A DNA stretch of 62,936 nt, counting the filler, from Octopus bimaculoides (Eukaryota), in assembly GCF_001194135.2 (NCBI RefSeq). It is 7 parts of 7 records of this genome, joined end to end, with 100 filler letters (N's around TTAATTAATTAA, not from the genome) between each part and the next. Parts side by side here need not be neighbours in the genome. Positions count along the whole stretch, not along the records: positions 1 to 19,558 come from NC_069004.1; 6 more parts are not named here. One strand, written 5' to 3'. Positions 1-11,097 of the stretch are shown in pieces. The notes under the pieces are model-generated. The model did no database searches. It saw only the letters and a list, made by a program, of their open reading frames with translations, and was not told the DNA's origin. The position numbers were made by a program, and so were the translations under genes. Each line of letters begins with the position of its first letter. The stretch's first letter is position 1.

Positions 1-32
<32 letters not shown>

Positions 33-49
33 ATGTATATATATATATA

Positions 50-956
50 TTAGGTCATCCCATAAATAATGCGGTTTTTCAGTCGGAGGGGGACAGGATG
101 AACTGCCTGCATCAACTTGCTATAAAAGCAGGTACTAATTTTACCTTGTCCTTATTCTTAGTGCTAGTTTTAAAGATTTTAACAGTTATTTTTTGAAAGC
201 TAGAATGGAAGTGACAAAGGAGCACATTCGGCATATGCTGTTTTATGAGTTCAATAAAGGCACAACGGAAAGTGTGAGGAATATTAACGCAGTATACGGG
301 GATCAGACAATAAGCATGAGCCAGTGTCAACAGTGGTTCCAGAAATTCCGAGCTGGAAACTATAGCCTAGAATGCCAGCCCCGTTCTGGAAGATCTGTAG
401 AGGTCGACGAAGACGTTCTGCAAACACTTGTGGAACAAGATACCATCGTAACTGTTGAGAAACCAGCAGAGAAACTTGGATTTGGTCATTCAACCACTCA
501 TCGACACCAATGCTAGAAGGAAAACGACCATCTTTGGTTTCAAGACGAAAGGTGTTCTTCCATCAGGATAATGCTTAGCCACATACAGCGAGGATGACAC
601 TCCAAAGGCTGGAGCAGTTTGAATGGGAAGCGATGACCCACTCACCATATTCGGCGGATATTGCCCCATCTGATCATCATTTATTCCACAGTCTTTTGGA
701 TGGAAAAAAATATCATTTGGACGGGGGAAAATGAATTCTGTAGACGAGGTCAGAACAGTACGGGAAGAGTATTTTTCGTCACGGACAAGTGAATTTTGGA
801 AGAGGGGCATTGCGAGTCTACCAGATAGATGGAAGAGCATTGTAGAAAATGAAGAAGAATATATTTTAGATTTAAAAAGAACTTTGTTTACCTTAATTTT
901 GAAAAATAAAAGAAGTATAAAAACCGCATTATCGCATTATTTATGGGATGACCCAA
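50..956 (+). mobile_element. Internally deleted Tc1/mariner (mariner-type) DNA transposon
   Basis: Terminal inverted repeats ttaggtcatcccataaataatgcg (50-73) and cgcattatttatgggatgacccaa (933-956), set in a TA-rich context with TA at 48-49. Transposase fragments lie between them. Confidence 0.9.
193..873 (+). pseudogene. Disrupted mariner transposase
   Basis: ORF 193-516 has a mariner N-terminal HTH (HIRHMLFYEF..G...V..I..VYG....S..QCQQWF.KF..G...LE..PRSGR). Downstream frames give HQDNA*PHTA, SPYSADIAPSD (cf. YSPDLAPSD) and FWKRGI..LP.RW..IVENE.EYILD. The central region with the first catalytic Asp is missing, and there are stops and frameshifts. Confidence 0.88.
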
Positions 957-1198
957 CATATATATATACATATATGTATGTATGTATGTATGTATGTATA
1001 TATATATATATTTATATATNNNNNNNNNNNNNNNNNNNNNNNNNNNNNNNNNNNNNNNNNNNNNNNNNNNNNNNNNNNNNNNNNNNNNNGTCACGAGTGG
1101 ACGGCCATCATCATATATATATATATACATATATATACATACATATATATATATACATATATACATATATATATACATATATATACATATATACATAG

Positions 1199-1248
<50 letters not shown>

Positions 1249-2111
1249 CTCGCAGGGTAACTTTCTAAGAGTAATCCCATGGTCAGTCATGACCAAAGGA
1301 GGTTTCAGCATATATATATATGCATACATACATACAAAGGGCATTCGCACATTTTCAATCAACCAAAATCACTCACAAAGCATTGGTCATGCTGGAAGTA
1401 CAGCCGAAGGCGCATACTTGAGGTGCAGCCAAGCTGTACTGAACTCGAATCAATGTTATTACCAAATGAACTTCTCACTCACAGGGCTGCGCTTATGATT
1501 CACTTTCTGTCTTTTGGGGATTTTTTTAATAAGTCACTAAATTTGTGTGTGTTCATTTGATGAGACGTGGATACAGTTTCTTTGAACTCTGGTACTTTTT
1601 TTAATATTTAAATGAATATTTGGTAGTATGTTAAGCAGGTTGAGACGATATAACGCCAAACCAGATTCATTAATATTGAATTGATTCAGTCAATGCTGTC
1701 ATCGAACCCGGGTTTTAAACTTTAGGTTTTAAACTTTAGGAAAGGAAAAGACATCAAGATACGGGCGGTGAAGTGCCAGAAACTGTGGAGAATTGAACCA
1801 AATTCCAGCAACAATGTAGTCACGTTCTTCGTAGTGTTCGGTTCGAGCCAGCATCAACTGTACTTTTGATTTGGTCATTATCAACAACACAGAACATAAT
1901 ATGGTTCAGATTGAGGAACGTTTTGTCTTAGACCAATAAAGCCAAAGGCAAATTATGCAGGTGTGCCATGCACAACTCGATCCTTTGATGAATTTGAATA
2001 TTTTGTCATAATTTTACTTACGTCACAACAGATAATTCAGCGTCATTTCGAAGACAAGCCACGAAAGCATGCCTGCTGCCTGCTTCTAATTTCAAGTAGC
2101 GAAGACTACTG

Positions 2112-2152
<41 letters not shown>

Positions 2153-2238
2153 AATACAGAAATTTTCATGAAACGTTTTCTAGAATACTTACTACAAGCT
2201 TCATTGAATATTGTTTGGAAATTAAACTTTAAATAAAT

Positions 2239-5200
2239 ATGGAAACAGAATTTACTGAGGAAGCAGAACTTACTCAAGAAGAAGTGGATGATTTCTTGGT
2301 GAAGAATCCAATATTCGTTAGATCATGGCTCTCTAGGCGAGGATTGGGTGACTTGGGGGAAGAATTATACAATCAAAAGTTAAAGGAAGAAGCAATGGAT
2401 TCCTTTATAGACTTTTTACAAAACCTCTTGTTTCACAAGAAACTTTCCCGAAGAAACCAACTCGAATCTCTTACTACAAATGAAATGTACAAAGAAATAT
2501 TGAAAGTTCTTAATTCCGAGATTCATATACACTTTGTCTGTCATAAAGTTCTTCAGAATCTATGTATCTTACTTCAATGTGAAAAAGCAAATCTTTTTAT
2601 GGTTCGAGGAGCTGGAAAAATTCAATATCTAACGTCGACCCTGTTTGATGTTACAGCTGAATCTACTCTTGAAGAATCACTTCATACTGAAGAAAACGCC
2701 ATACGCGTTCCCTTCGGAAAAGATATTTCAGGATATGTAGCTCAGAGTAAGTGTTTACTAAATATTAAGGATGCATATCAGGATCCTCGTTTCTTATCTA
2801 ATGTCGACGAAAAAACTGGATTTCGCACCAAAAGCATTCTATGCGTGCCAATTCTAGACAGTGGTGATAATTTGTTAGCTGTCGCTCAAATAATGAACAA
2901 AAAAGATAACCATTTTGATTCTGAAGACGAAATAATCTGCGAGAGTTTTTTGTCCTTTTGTGCCATTAGTATGAGATGCAATAATTTTTTGCGAAGATCA
3001 TTTGAGGAATACGCACATCACAAGTTATTACTGAGACTGAATCGATGTATACTAAAATATCAAAATTCTCTAATGAAACTAATATCTGAAATTACCAAAC
3101 TTGCCATGGAAATGTTACAGTGTGAGAGTATTATCATCTATTTGAGTGATCCGAAAAAGGATAGTATTCACCCAACTGAAACTTCGAAAGTTTTTCAGTT
3201 ATTAAAAGGAGCTTCAGATATCTCAGAAGAAATTATAACACCTAAAATAAAATTGGCAATTGAACAAAATATTAACAGCGGAAATACTTTGGATATGTTT
3301 CTTTCGAGGGAATTTATTGAGCAAGACACCATAGATCTTGAATGTAAGATTGAAAGCCAGCTGATTTGTTTAGCTATTAAAGATGCCAGCAAGAATTTTG
3401 TAGGCTGGATCGTATATAGCAAAGATTCAAGGGATATTTTTAGTCAAAATGATATCAGCTTGATGGAAATATTTGCAATGTTCTGCGGTTTAGCTATCTA
3501 TAATTGCCGTCTTTATGAAACTGCGGCAAATATGCTGGATCAGATAGAATTTACAAACAAAGTACTTAGCTACTATACTACTTGTGATCCAGAAATTGTA
3601 GATCATTTTTTAAGTATGGAGGTACTAAGTTCAAGTTTTTACAAAATTTATCGATTCGACTTCAATGACTTCTTATATTCAGAGGATGACTCTATTTTGT
3701 TGGTTGTTCGCATATTTTTAGAAGCCAAAACATTATCCGTTCTCAACATACCTAAAAAATTATTATATAGGTGGATACTAACTGTTAAAAAGAACTATCG
3801 ACCTGTCATCTATCATAATTGGCGTCATGCTATCAATGTTACTCAAATGATGTTTTGTATGTTGACTACTGGGAAATTGCAAATATATTTCACAGAATTT
3901 GATCAGATTTGCCTATTGATGGCTTCTTTGTGTCATGATCTTGATCATAGAGGATATAATAATGCGTTTCAAGTGAAGACAGCATCTCCTCTTGCTACTC
4001 TTTACAGCACGTCTGTGTTGGAAAACCATCATATAGATCGAAGTATCATGATATTAAAAAATGAAGATACAAATATTTTACAAAACGTTTCAGCTGAAAA
4101 GTATCAGCATGGCCTTAAATTAATCGAGAAAGCAATCATTGCTACGGATCTCGTAATATATTTTGAGAGAAGAAATATTTTCAAACGGAAAATAGAAGTC
4201 GATGACCAAACGTTGTCATCTCAAGAAAGCATTGATTTACTAATTAGCATGATGATGACTGCGTCTGATCTTTCAGCTATTACTAAGCCATGGGATGTTC
4301 AAAGAAAGACTGCTATTATGGTCGCAGCCGAATTCTTCGAACAAGGTGACTTCGAAACCCAATGTAAATATACTGTGTTGCCTATGATGGATCGCAATAA
4401 AAGATACGAATTGCCCAAAATGCAAGTTGGTTTTATTGATTTTGTGTGTACAATAGTTTACAAACTTCTTTATCAGGTGCGTGAGGAATTAAAACCCCTT
4501 TACGATGGGATGCTTGAAAACAGAGCTCATTGGTCTGATATTGCAAATGGTAATGAAAAATTTGATATTGATAAAGAGTTGGAATTAGTTTTATATAACA
4601 TTTCACTGGAAAGTGCTATAACAATCGGAGACCAATTAGAGACGGAAGACAAAGGTATTTCGACCCAAACTATTTTAACATTTGATCGAAAGCAAATGGA
4701 TACTCAGACTGATATTTCAATCCCAGCAGATATATGTCAACCAGAAACTACCAGACCATCTTTGAAAACCGTTGAGACAAAAACAGTGGACAGTCAAACC
4801 GAAAATCGAACTCTGGAAGTGTCTTCGGCATTAACTCAAACAGAAAGGGCTTCTTTGAGGGAATCAGAACACTTGCCGATTGTAATGCCACACGAACAAC
4901 CAGTGATTAATATAGAAACATCAGAAGACGCTGACACTGGGCATGAAAAGGTGTTTTTACAGAGAAAAGCTCACAGTACTTATGCACAGCCAACTCAAGC
5001 TATGCCTGTAATCAATCGGCAGAGACGAACTAGTTGGATCGATGAAGTTGCTGAAGACAAACGTAACGAATTATCACAAAGCCGACGAGGAAGCCATGCT
5101 CTGAATGCCTTACCTGAAGAACCCACCCAACCATTCAGAAGAATGAATCGTGTTTTTCAACCACCAGTACGGCAAAGACTATCATCTTTAGAACCCGAAT

Positions 5201-5514
5201 ATATCAAAAGCACACCATCAAACGAAACCATCATCTCGGATGTTAATACACAAATGACTGCAAAGGAAAGGCCTTTCAGAGCATCGTCTGTTGACTCTCA
5301 GGAGATGAAAGCACAGAATCTCACAGAAAAACAAGAGAGCATGAGAGGAATTGAAAAAAACACTGAAGGTTGTAGACCGCAGGTAGACCCGCAGTTAAAA
5401 GATCCGGCGTTGAACTCCGATAAGCGAAGACGAAAATGCGCGAAAATTACTACGAAACCAAACCCTACTCAAAAACTAAGTGTTCTTAAAAGCAGAATGT
5501 GCATGATATCCTAG
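2239..5514 (+). CDS. Intronless GAF-GAF-PDEase 3',5'-cyclic nucleotide phosphodiesterase, PDE5/6/11 family (paralogue A, 1091 aa)
   Basis: Uninterrupted 1091-aa ORF. GAF-A has FGKDISGYVA and NK..F..EDE. The catalytic domain has YHNWRH, HDLDHRG.NN, TASDLSAITKPW, EFFEQGD and MQVGFIDF, so the metal ligands and invariant Gln are intact. Ends CMIS (CaaX). AATAAA at 5749. Confidence 0.93.
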   Translation: METEFTEEAELTQEEVDDFLVKNPIFVRSWLSRRGLGDLGEELYNQKLKEEAMDSFIDFLQNLLFHKKLSRRNQLESLTTNEMYKEILKVLNSEIHIHFVCHKVLQNLCILLQCEKANLFMVRGAGKIQYLTSTLFDVTAESTLEESLHTEENAIRVPFGKDISGYVAQSKCLLNIKDAYQDPRFLSNVDEKTGFRTKSILCVPILDSGDNLLAVAQIMNKKDNHFDSEDEIICESFLSFCAISMRCNNFLRRSFEEYAHHKLLLRLNRCILKYQNSLMKLISEITKLAMEMLQCESIIIYLSDPKKDSIHPTETSKVFQLLKGASDISEEIITPKIKLAIEQNINSGNTLDMFLSREFIEQDTIDLECKIESQLICLAIKDASKNFVGWIVYSKDSRDIFSQNDISLMEIFAMFCGLAIYNCRLYETAANMLDQIEFTNKVLSYYTTCDPEIVDHFLSMEVLSSSFYKIYRFDFNDFLYSEDDSILLVVRIFLEAKTLSVLNIPKKLLYRWILTVKKNYRPVIYHNWRHAINVTQMMFCMLTTGKLQIYFTEFDQICLLMASLCHDLDHRGYNNAFQVKTASPLATLYSTSVLENHHIDRSIMILKNEDTNILQNVSAEKYQHGLKLIEKAIIATDLVIYFERRNIFKRKIEVDDQTLSSQESIDLLISMMMTASDLSAITKPWDVQRKTAIMVAAEFFEQGDFETQCKYTVLPMMDRNKRYELPKMQVGFIDFVCTIVYKLLYQVREELKPLYDGMLENRAHWSDIANGNEKFDIDKELELVLYNISLESAITIGDQLETEDKGISTQTILTFDRKQMDTQTDISIPADICQPETTRPSLKTVETKTVDSQTENRTLEVSSALTQTERASLRESEHLPIVMPHEQPVINIETSEDADTGHEKVFLQRKAHSTYAQPTQAMPVINRQRRTSWIDEVAEDKRNELSQSRRGSHALNALPEEPTQPFRRMNRVFQPPVRQRLSSLEPEYIKSTPSNETIISDVNTQMTAKERPFRASSVDSQEMKAQNLTEKQESMRGIEKNTEGCRPQVDPQLKDPALNSDKRRRKCAKITTKPNPTQKLSVLKSRMCMIS

Positions 5515-5824
5515 TTTCAGAACAAAAGAGAAAACAATTACTTTACTTGCTCAAAAAAAAAGATAAAGAATGTAAATCAAGGGATTATGTAAGTCTTTCA
5601 CGAAATTCTTCAGTTATTTAGTATTTCAAGAAAACGATAAAAAGATAGATTGACTATTCATTTATTTTTGTAATGATGTCAGCTTCAAACATAAGAACCT
5701 ATATAAGCAGTGATGGCGCTAACATATGTATTTCATATACTATATTATAATAAAATATAATATATATACAAGTGTGTATGTCTCCTTTCATTGTGAATAT
5801 GTGTGTGTGCATGTGTGTCTGTGC

Positions 5825-5858
<34 letters not shown>

Positions 5859-6784
5859 NNNNNNNNNNNNNNNNNNNNNNNNNNNNNNNNNNNNNNNNNN
5901 NNNNNNNNNNNNNNNNNNNNNNNNNNNNNNNNNNNNNNNNNNNNNNNNNNNNNNNNNNNNNNNNNNNNNNNNNNNNNNNNNNNNNNNNNNNNNNNNNNNN
6001 NNNNNNNNNNNNNNNNNNNNNNNNNNNNNNNNNNNNNNNNNNNNNNNNNNNNNNNNNNNNNNNNNNNNNNNNNNNNNNNNNNNNNNNNNNNNNNNNNNNN
6101 NNNNNNNNNNNNNNNNNNNNNNNNNNNNNNNNNNNNNNNNNNNNNNNNNNNNNNNNNNNNNNNNNNNNNNNNNNNNNNNNNNNNNNNNNNNNNNNNNNNN
6201 NNNNNNNNNNNNNNNNNNNNNNNNNNNNNNNNNNNNNNNNNNNNNNNNNNNNNNNNNNNNNNNNNNNNNNNNNNNNNNNNNNNNNNNNNNNNNNNNNNNN
6301 NNNNNNNNNNNNNNNNNNNNNNNNNNNNNNNNNNNNNNNNNNNNNNNNNNNNNNNNNNNNNNNNNNNNNNNNNNNNNNNNNNNNNNNNNNNNNNNNNNNN
6401 NNNNNNNNNNNNNNNNNNNNNNNNNNNNNNNNNNNNNNNNNNNNNNNNNNNNNNNNNNNNNNNNNNNNNNNNNNNNNNNNNNNNNNNNNNNNNNNNNNNN
6501 NNNNNNNNNNNNNNNNNNNNNNNNNNNNNNNNNNNNNNNNNNNNNNNNNNNNNNNNNNNNNNNNNNNNNNNNNNNNNNNNNNNNNNNNNNNNNNNNNNNN
6601 NNNNNNNNNNNNNNNNNNNNNNNNNNNNNNNNNNNNNNNNNNNNNNNNNNNNNNNNNNNNNNNNNNNNNNNNNNNNNNNNNNNNNNNNNNNNNNNNNNNN
6701 NNNNNNNNNNNNNNNNNNNNNNNNNNNNNNNNNNNNNNNNNNNNNNNNNNNNNNNNNNNNNNNNNNNNNNNNNNNNNNNNNNNN

Positions 6785-6905
6785 GAACTACGATAAGTGT
6801 ACACATGTCTGTGAATTACTCAGCCACTTGCACGTTAATTTCACGTGCAGGCTTTTCTGTTGATCGGATCAGCTGGGACCCTCGTCGTCGTAACCGATGG
6901 AGTGC
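6785..6905 (+). mobile_element. SINE family C, 3' part (5' part lost in gap)
   Basis: Matches the 3' third of copies at 8194-8514 and 21714-22080 (cagccacttgcacgttaatttcacg...gatcggatca.ctgg.accctcgtcgtcgtaa). Confidence 0.8.
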
Positions 6906-6979
6906 TCCTACATATATGCGCATGCGAACGCACGCACGCACGCACACACACACACACACACATACACACACACACACAC

Positions 6980-7020
<41 letters not shown>

Positions 7021-7141
7021 NNNNNNNNNNNNNNNNNNNNNNNNNNNNNNNNNNNNNNNNNNNNNNNNNNNNNNNNNNNNNNNNNNNNNNNNNNNNNNNN
7101 NNNNNNNNNNNNNNNNNNNNNNNNNNNNNNNNNNNNNNNNN

Positions 7142-7469
7142 GACCCCAGAGCTTATTTTTTTTAAAGCCTAGTACTTATTCTATCGGTCTATTTTGCCGA
7201 ACCGCTAAGTTACGGGGACGTAAACACAGCAGAATCGGTTGTCAAGCAATGTTGGAGGGACAAGCACAGACACACAAACATATACACACACAAACACATA
7301 TAAATATATATACATATATACGACGGGCTTCTTTCAGTTTCCGTCAACCAAATCCACTCACAAGGCTTTGGTTGGGCCGAGGCTATAGTAGAAGACACTT
7401 GACCAAGGTGCCACGCAGTGGTACTGAACCCAGAACCATGTGGTTGATAAGCAAGCCACTCCTGCTCCT
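7142..7469 (-). mobile_element. tRNA-derived SINE family A copy
   Basis: Reverse complement of the family seen on + at 30089-30485. B-box-like gggttcagtacc; internal CA/TA microsatellite. Confidence 0.85.
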
Positions 7470-7597
7470 ATATATATATTATAATTAAGTTGTTTGTATA
7501 GAACTAATAATATTGAATTGAATTTACCATTTAATGATTAGATTATTTAATTATTAAATATTATTGGGTTGTTTCCATTTCTAATTTTTATATACGA

Positions 7598-7854
7598 TTG
7601 CGAGATCGTGGGTCCGATTCTCAAACCGGGCATTGCGTTGTGTTTTTGAGCAAAACACTTCACTTCACGTTGCTCTGCGATCATTTTGACATCTGATATG
7701 TGGCACCCCGTTGCACCTGTTCAGGTAATGGCGATCTGATGGAGGTAGTGAGCTTGTCTACACAAACATTTGATCACTGTAAGCAAATCCTCTGTATTGT
7801 TGTTCGGTAAGAAATTGTCGAGCCCTCATACGTCGCCTAACAACTGGAGAGTCC
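7598..7854 (+). mobile_element. tRNA-derived SINE family D (5'-truncated)
   Basis: B-box-like ggtccgattc followed by gcgttgtgtttttgagcaaaacacttcac. A reverse partial copy occurs at about 56311-56406. Confidence 0.6.
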
Positions 7855-8193
7855 ATTATATATATATATATATATANNNNNNNNNNNNNNNNNNNNNNNN
7901 NNNNNNNNNNNNNNNNNNNNNNNNNNNNNNNNNNNNNNNNNNNNNNNNNNNNNNNNNNNNNNNNNNNNNNNNNNNNNNNNNNNNNNNNNNNNNNNNNNNN
8001 NNNNNNNNNNNNNNNNNNNNNNNNNNNNNNNNNNNNNNNNNNNNNNNNNNNNNNNNNNNNNNNNNNNNNNNNNNNNNNNNNNNNNNNNNNNNNNNNNNNN
8101 NNNNNNNNNNNNNNNNNNNNNNNNNNNNNNNNNNNNNNNNNNNNNNNNNNNNNNNNNNNNNNNNNNNNNNNNNNNNNNNNNNNNNNNNNNNNN

Positions 8194-8514
8194 TCCCAGA
8201 CCGGGCGTTGTGAGTGTTTATTGAGCTAAAACACCTAAAGCTCCATGAGGCTCCGGCAGGGGATGAAGGTGAACCCTGCTGTACTCTTGCACCACAACTT
8301 TCTCTCACTCTTACTTCCTGTTTCTGTTGTGCCTGTAATTCAAAGGGTCAGCCTTGTCACACTGTGTCACGTTGAATATCCCCGAGAACTGCGTTAAGGG
8401 TACACGTGTCTGTGGAGTACTCAGCCACTTGTACGTTAATTTCACGAGCAGGCTGTTCCGTTGATCGGATCAACTGGAACCCTCGACGTCGTAAGCGACG
8501 GAGTGCCAACAACA
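8194..8514 (+). mobile_element. SINE family C copy
   Basis: High similarity to 21714-22080 over about 320 bp; ends gagtgccaacaac. Confidence 0.85.
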
Positions 8515-9393
8515 AAATATTATTAACTAAGTTTTTAAGATTATTTGAGGATGGTTGGAATGCATATTAACGCATTGGAATTTTTCCATTGGGTTTACTA
8601 TAAGAACAGTGTCTATCTGTACTTAAATCTAAAGCAATTTAGTGTGATCTCTGGTTGGTGAACTTCTTAACGGCATACATTGTGTGGTCATTCATGATTA
8701 CATCACGGTGACTATCGAACTCAGCACCACAGAGTATCTTCCAATGGAGCTGATGCTGGGGAATGGATAGGATTGACGGAGATATTTCAGTATAAATGGT
8801 CAGAGTAGTAACTCGGCTGTTAATTTAGGAGGACCGATGTGTATTGAGAGGGAGAAAGAAGGGAGATAGAAAGAGAGTAGGAAGAAAGGCAGAAAGGGGA
8901 CAATTTAATAACATGTGCCATATATTCGTTATTTTTTTCTAGGTGCCAATAGAATAGCAAGAAGGTCATGAAAACTTCTCGGCTCTCCACCCATTACTCT
9001 ACAGAACGTAACTACAATGTGACAGCCGCACCAAAAGATCCGCTGGGCGATATTGATAGCTGACAAAATATGAGCAAGGTGAAACGATGCACCTTACTGA
9101 GCGAAACATACTGAAGTACCGCCGCCCCTTTCAAGAATCGAAACCAAAACACTATTTTTATGAGCTCAGCATTCTACCCAGTTAACCATACGCCTTCACA
9201 CACATACACACACACAGACTCACTCACACACACACACACACTCATACACACATCACACTCATACGCACACACGCTCACACAAACTCTCACATAAACACAC
9301 TCTCACACACATACCCACACACACACCTATCAATTTAATGTTGCCCTTCTGAGCAACGATGAAGTTGGTGTGGAAGGGTTGATCTGGTGTGTT

Positions 9394-9425
<32 letters not shown>

Positions 9426-9874
9426 GGTGNNNNNNNNNNNNNNNNNNNNNNNNNNNNNNNNNNNNNNNNNNNNNNNNNNNNNNNNNNNNNNNNNNNNNNN
9501 NNNNNNNNNNNNNNNNNNNNNNNNNNNNNNNNNNNNNNNNNNNNNNNNNNNNNNNNNNNNNNNNNNNNNNNNNNNNNNNNNNNNNNNNNNNNNNNNNNNN
9601 NNNNNNNNNNNNNNNNNNNNNNNNNNNNNNNNNNNNNNNNNNNNNNNNNNNNNNNNNNNNNNNNNNNNNNNNNNNNNNNNNNNNNNNNNNNNNNNNNNNN
9701 NNNNNNNNNNNNNNNNNNNNNNNNNNNNNNNNNNNNNNNNNNNNNNNNNNNNNNNNNNNNNNNNNNNNNNNNNNNNNNNNNNNNNNNNNNNNNNNNNNNN
9801 NNNNNNNNNNNNNNNNNNNNNNNNNNNNNNNNNNNNNNNNNNNNNNNNNNNNNNNNNNNNNNNNNNNNNNNNNN

Positions 9875-9938
<64 letters not shown>

Positions 9939-10482
9939 CTATTTATTATTATTATTTAATTGAACGCGACGCATCCATTTCCAAGTAGGTTTATCTTTAC
10001 CTTTTTGATGCGACTCTACTCTATATTGTTTTCTTTTTCCATCCTTCCCTAATTCTCTTTTTCTCCCTTCCCTCCTTCACCGTTTTCTATCTGCCTCTCT
10101 CTCCCCCTCTTTTTCTTTTTCTCTCTTTCGTTGCTCACACGTGACCATCGTCCAACTTTCTTTTCCTCACGTGACCATCTTTTTTTTCCTGCACGGACGT
10201 TCAAAGGACTGGACTTTTTTTCTCTTTCTCTTCTATCTTTTCTCTTTTCAAAGAAAATATTTCTCCGAGCGTTCACTATTTTCCTCTCGTTCTGGTCTAA
10301 TGACCCTCTATGTTTGTTTTCGTTCGGTTTCCTTGCACGTCTCCACTGTCCTGTTCTTTGTTCCCAAATCTGAACCGCCATAAATTTTAAATTATGTTTT
10401 AATACTCCATACCGTCATTCGGTGTACGGTGTAGAAATATATGCTGTGATGCATTAATAAAGCTTATGAATTTCTATCTGCA

Positions 10483-10540
<58 letters not shown>

Positions 10541-11034
10541 NNNNNNNNNNNNNNNNNNNNNNNNNNNNNNNNNNNNNNNNNNNNNNNNNNNNNNNNNNNN
10601 NNNNNNNNNNNNNNNNNNNNNNNNNNNNNNNNNNNNNNNNNNNNNNNNNNNNNNNNNNNNNNNNNNNNNNNNNNNNNNNNNNNNNNNNNNNNNNNNNNNN
10701 NNNNNNNNNNNNNNNNNNNNNNNNNNNNNNNNNNNNNNNNNNNNNNNNNNNNNNNNNNNNNNNNNNNNNNNNNNNNNNNNNNNNNNNNNNNNNNNNNNNN
10801 NNNNNNNNNNNNNNNNNNNNNNNNNNNNNNNNNNNNNNNNNNNNNNNNNNNNNNNNNNNNNNNNNNNNNNNNNNNNNNNNNNNNNNNNNNNNNNNNNNNN
10901 NNNNNNNNNNNNNNNNNNNNNNNNNNNNNNNNNNNNNNNNNNNNNNNNNNNNNNNNNNNNNNNNNNNNNNNNNNNNNACCATCTTTTTTCTGTTGTTATT
11001 CCATAGTGTTATTATTATTATCATTATTATTATA

Positions 11035-11039
<5 letters not shown>

Positions 11040-11097
<58 letters not shown>

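Noticed and set aside
5726-7488. Long ORFs in the track spanning N gaps or microsatellites (also 9370-11035, 18494-19257, 27340-29383, 30892-31707, 50069-52244, 60926-61983)
   Set aside because: They are open only because N runs and di-/tri-nucleotide repeats lack stops; no domain content.
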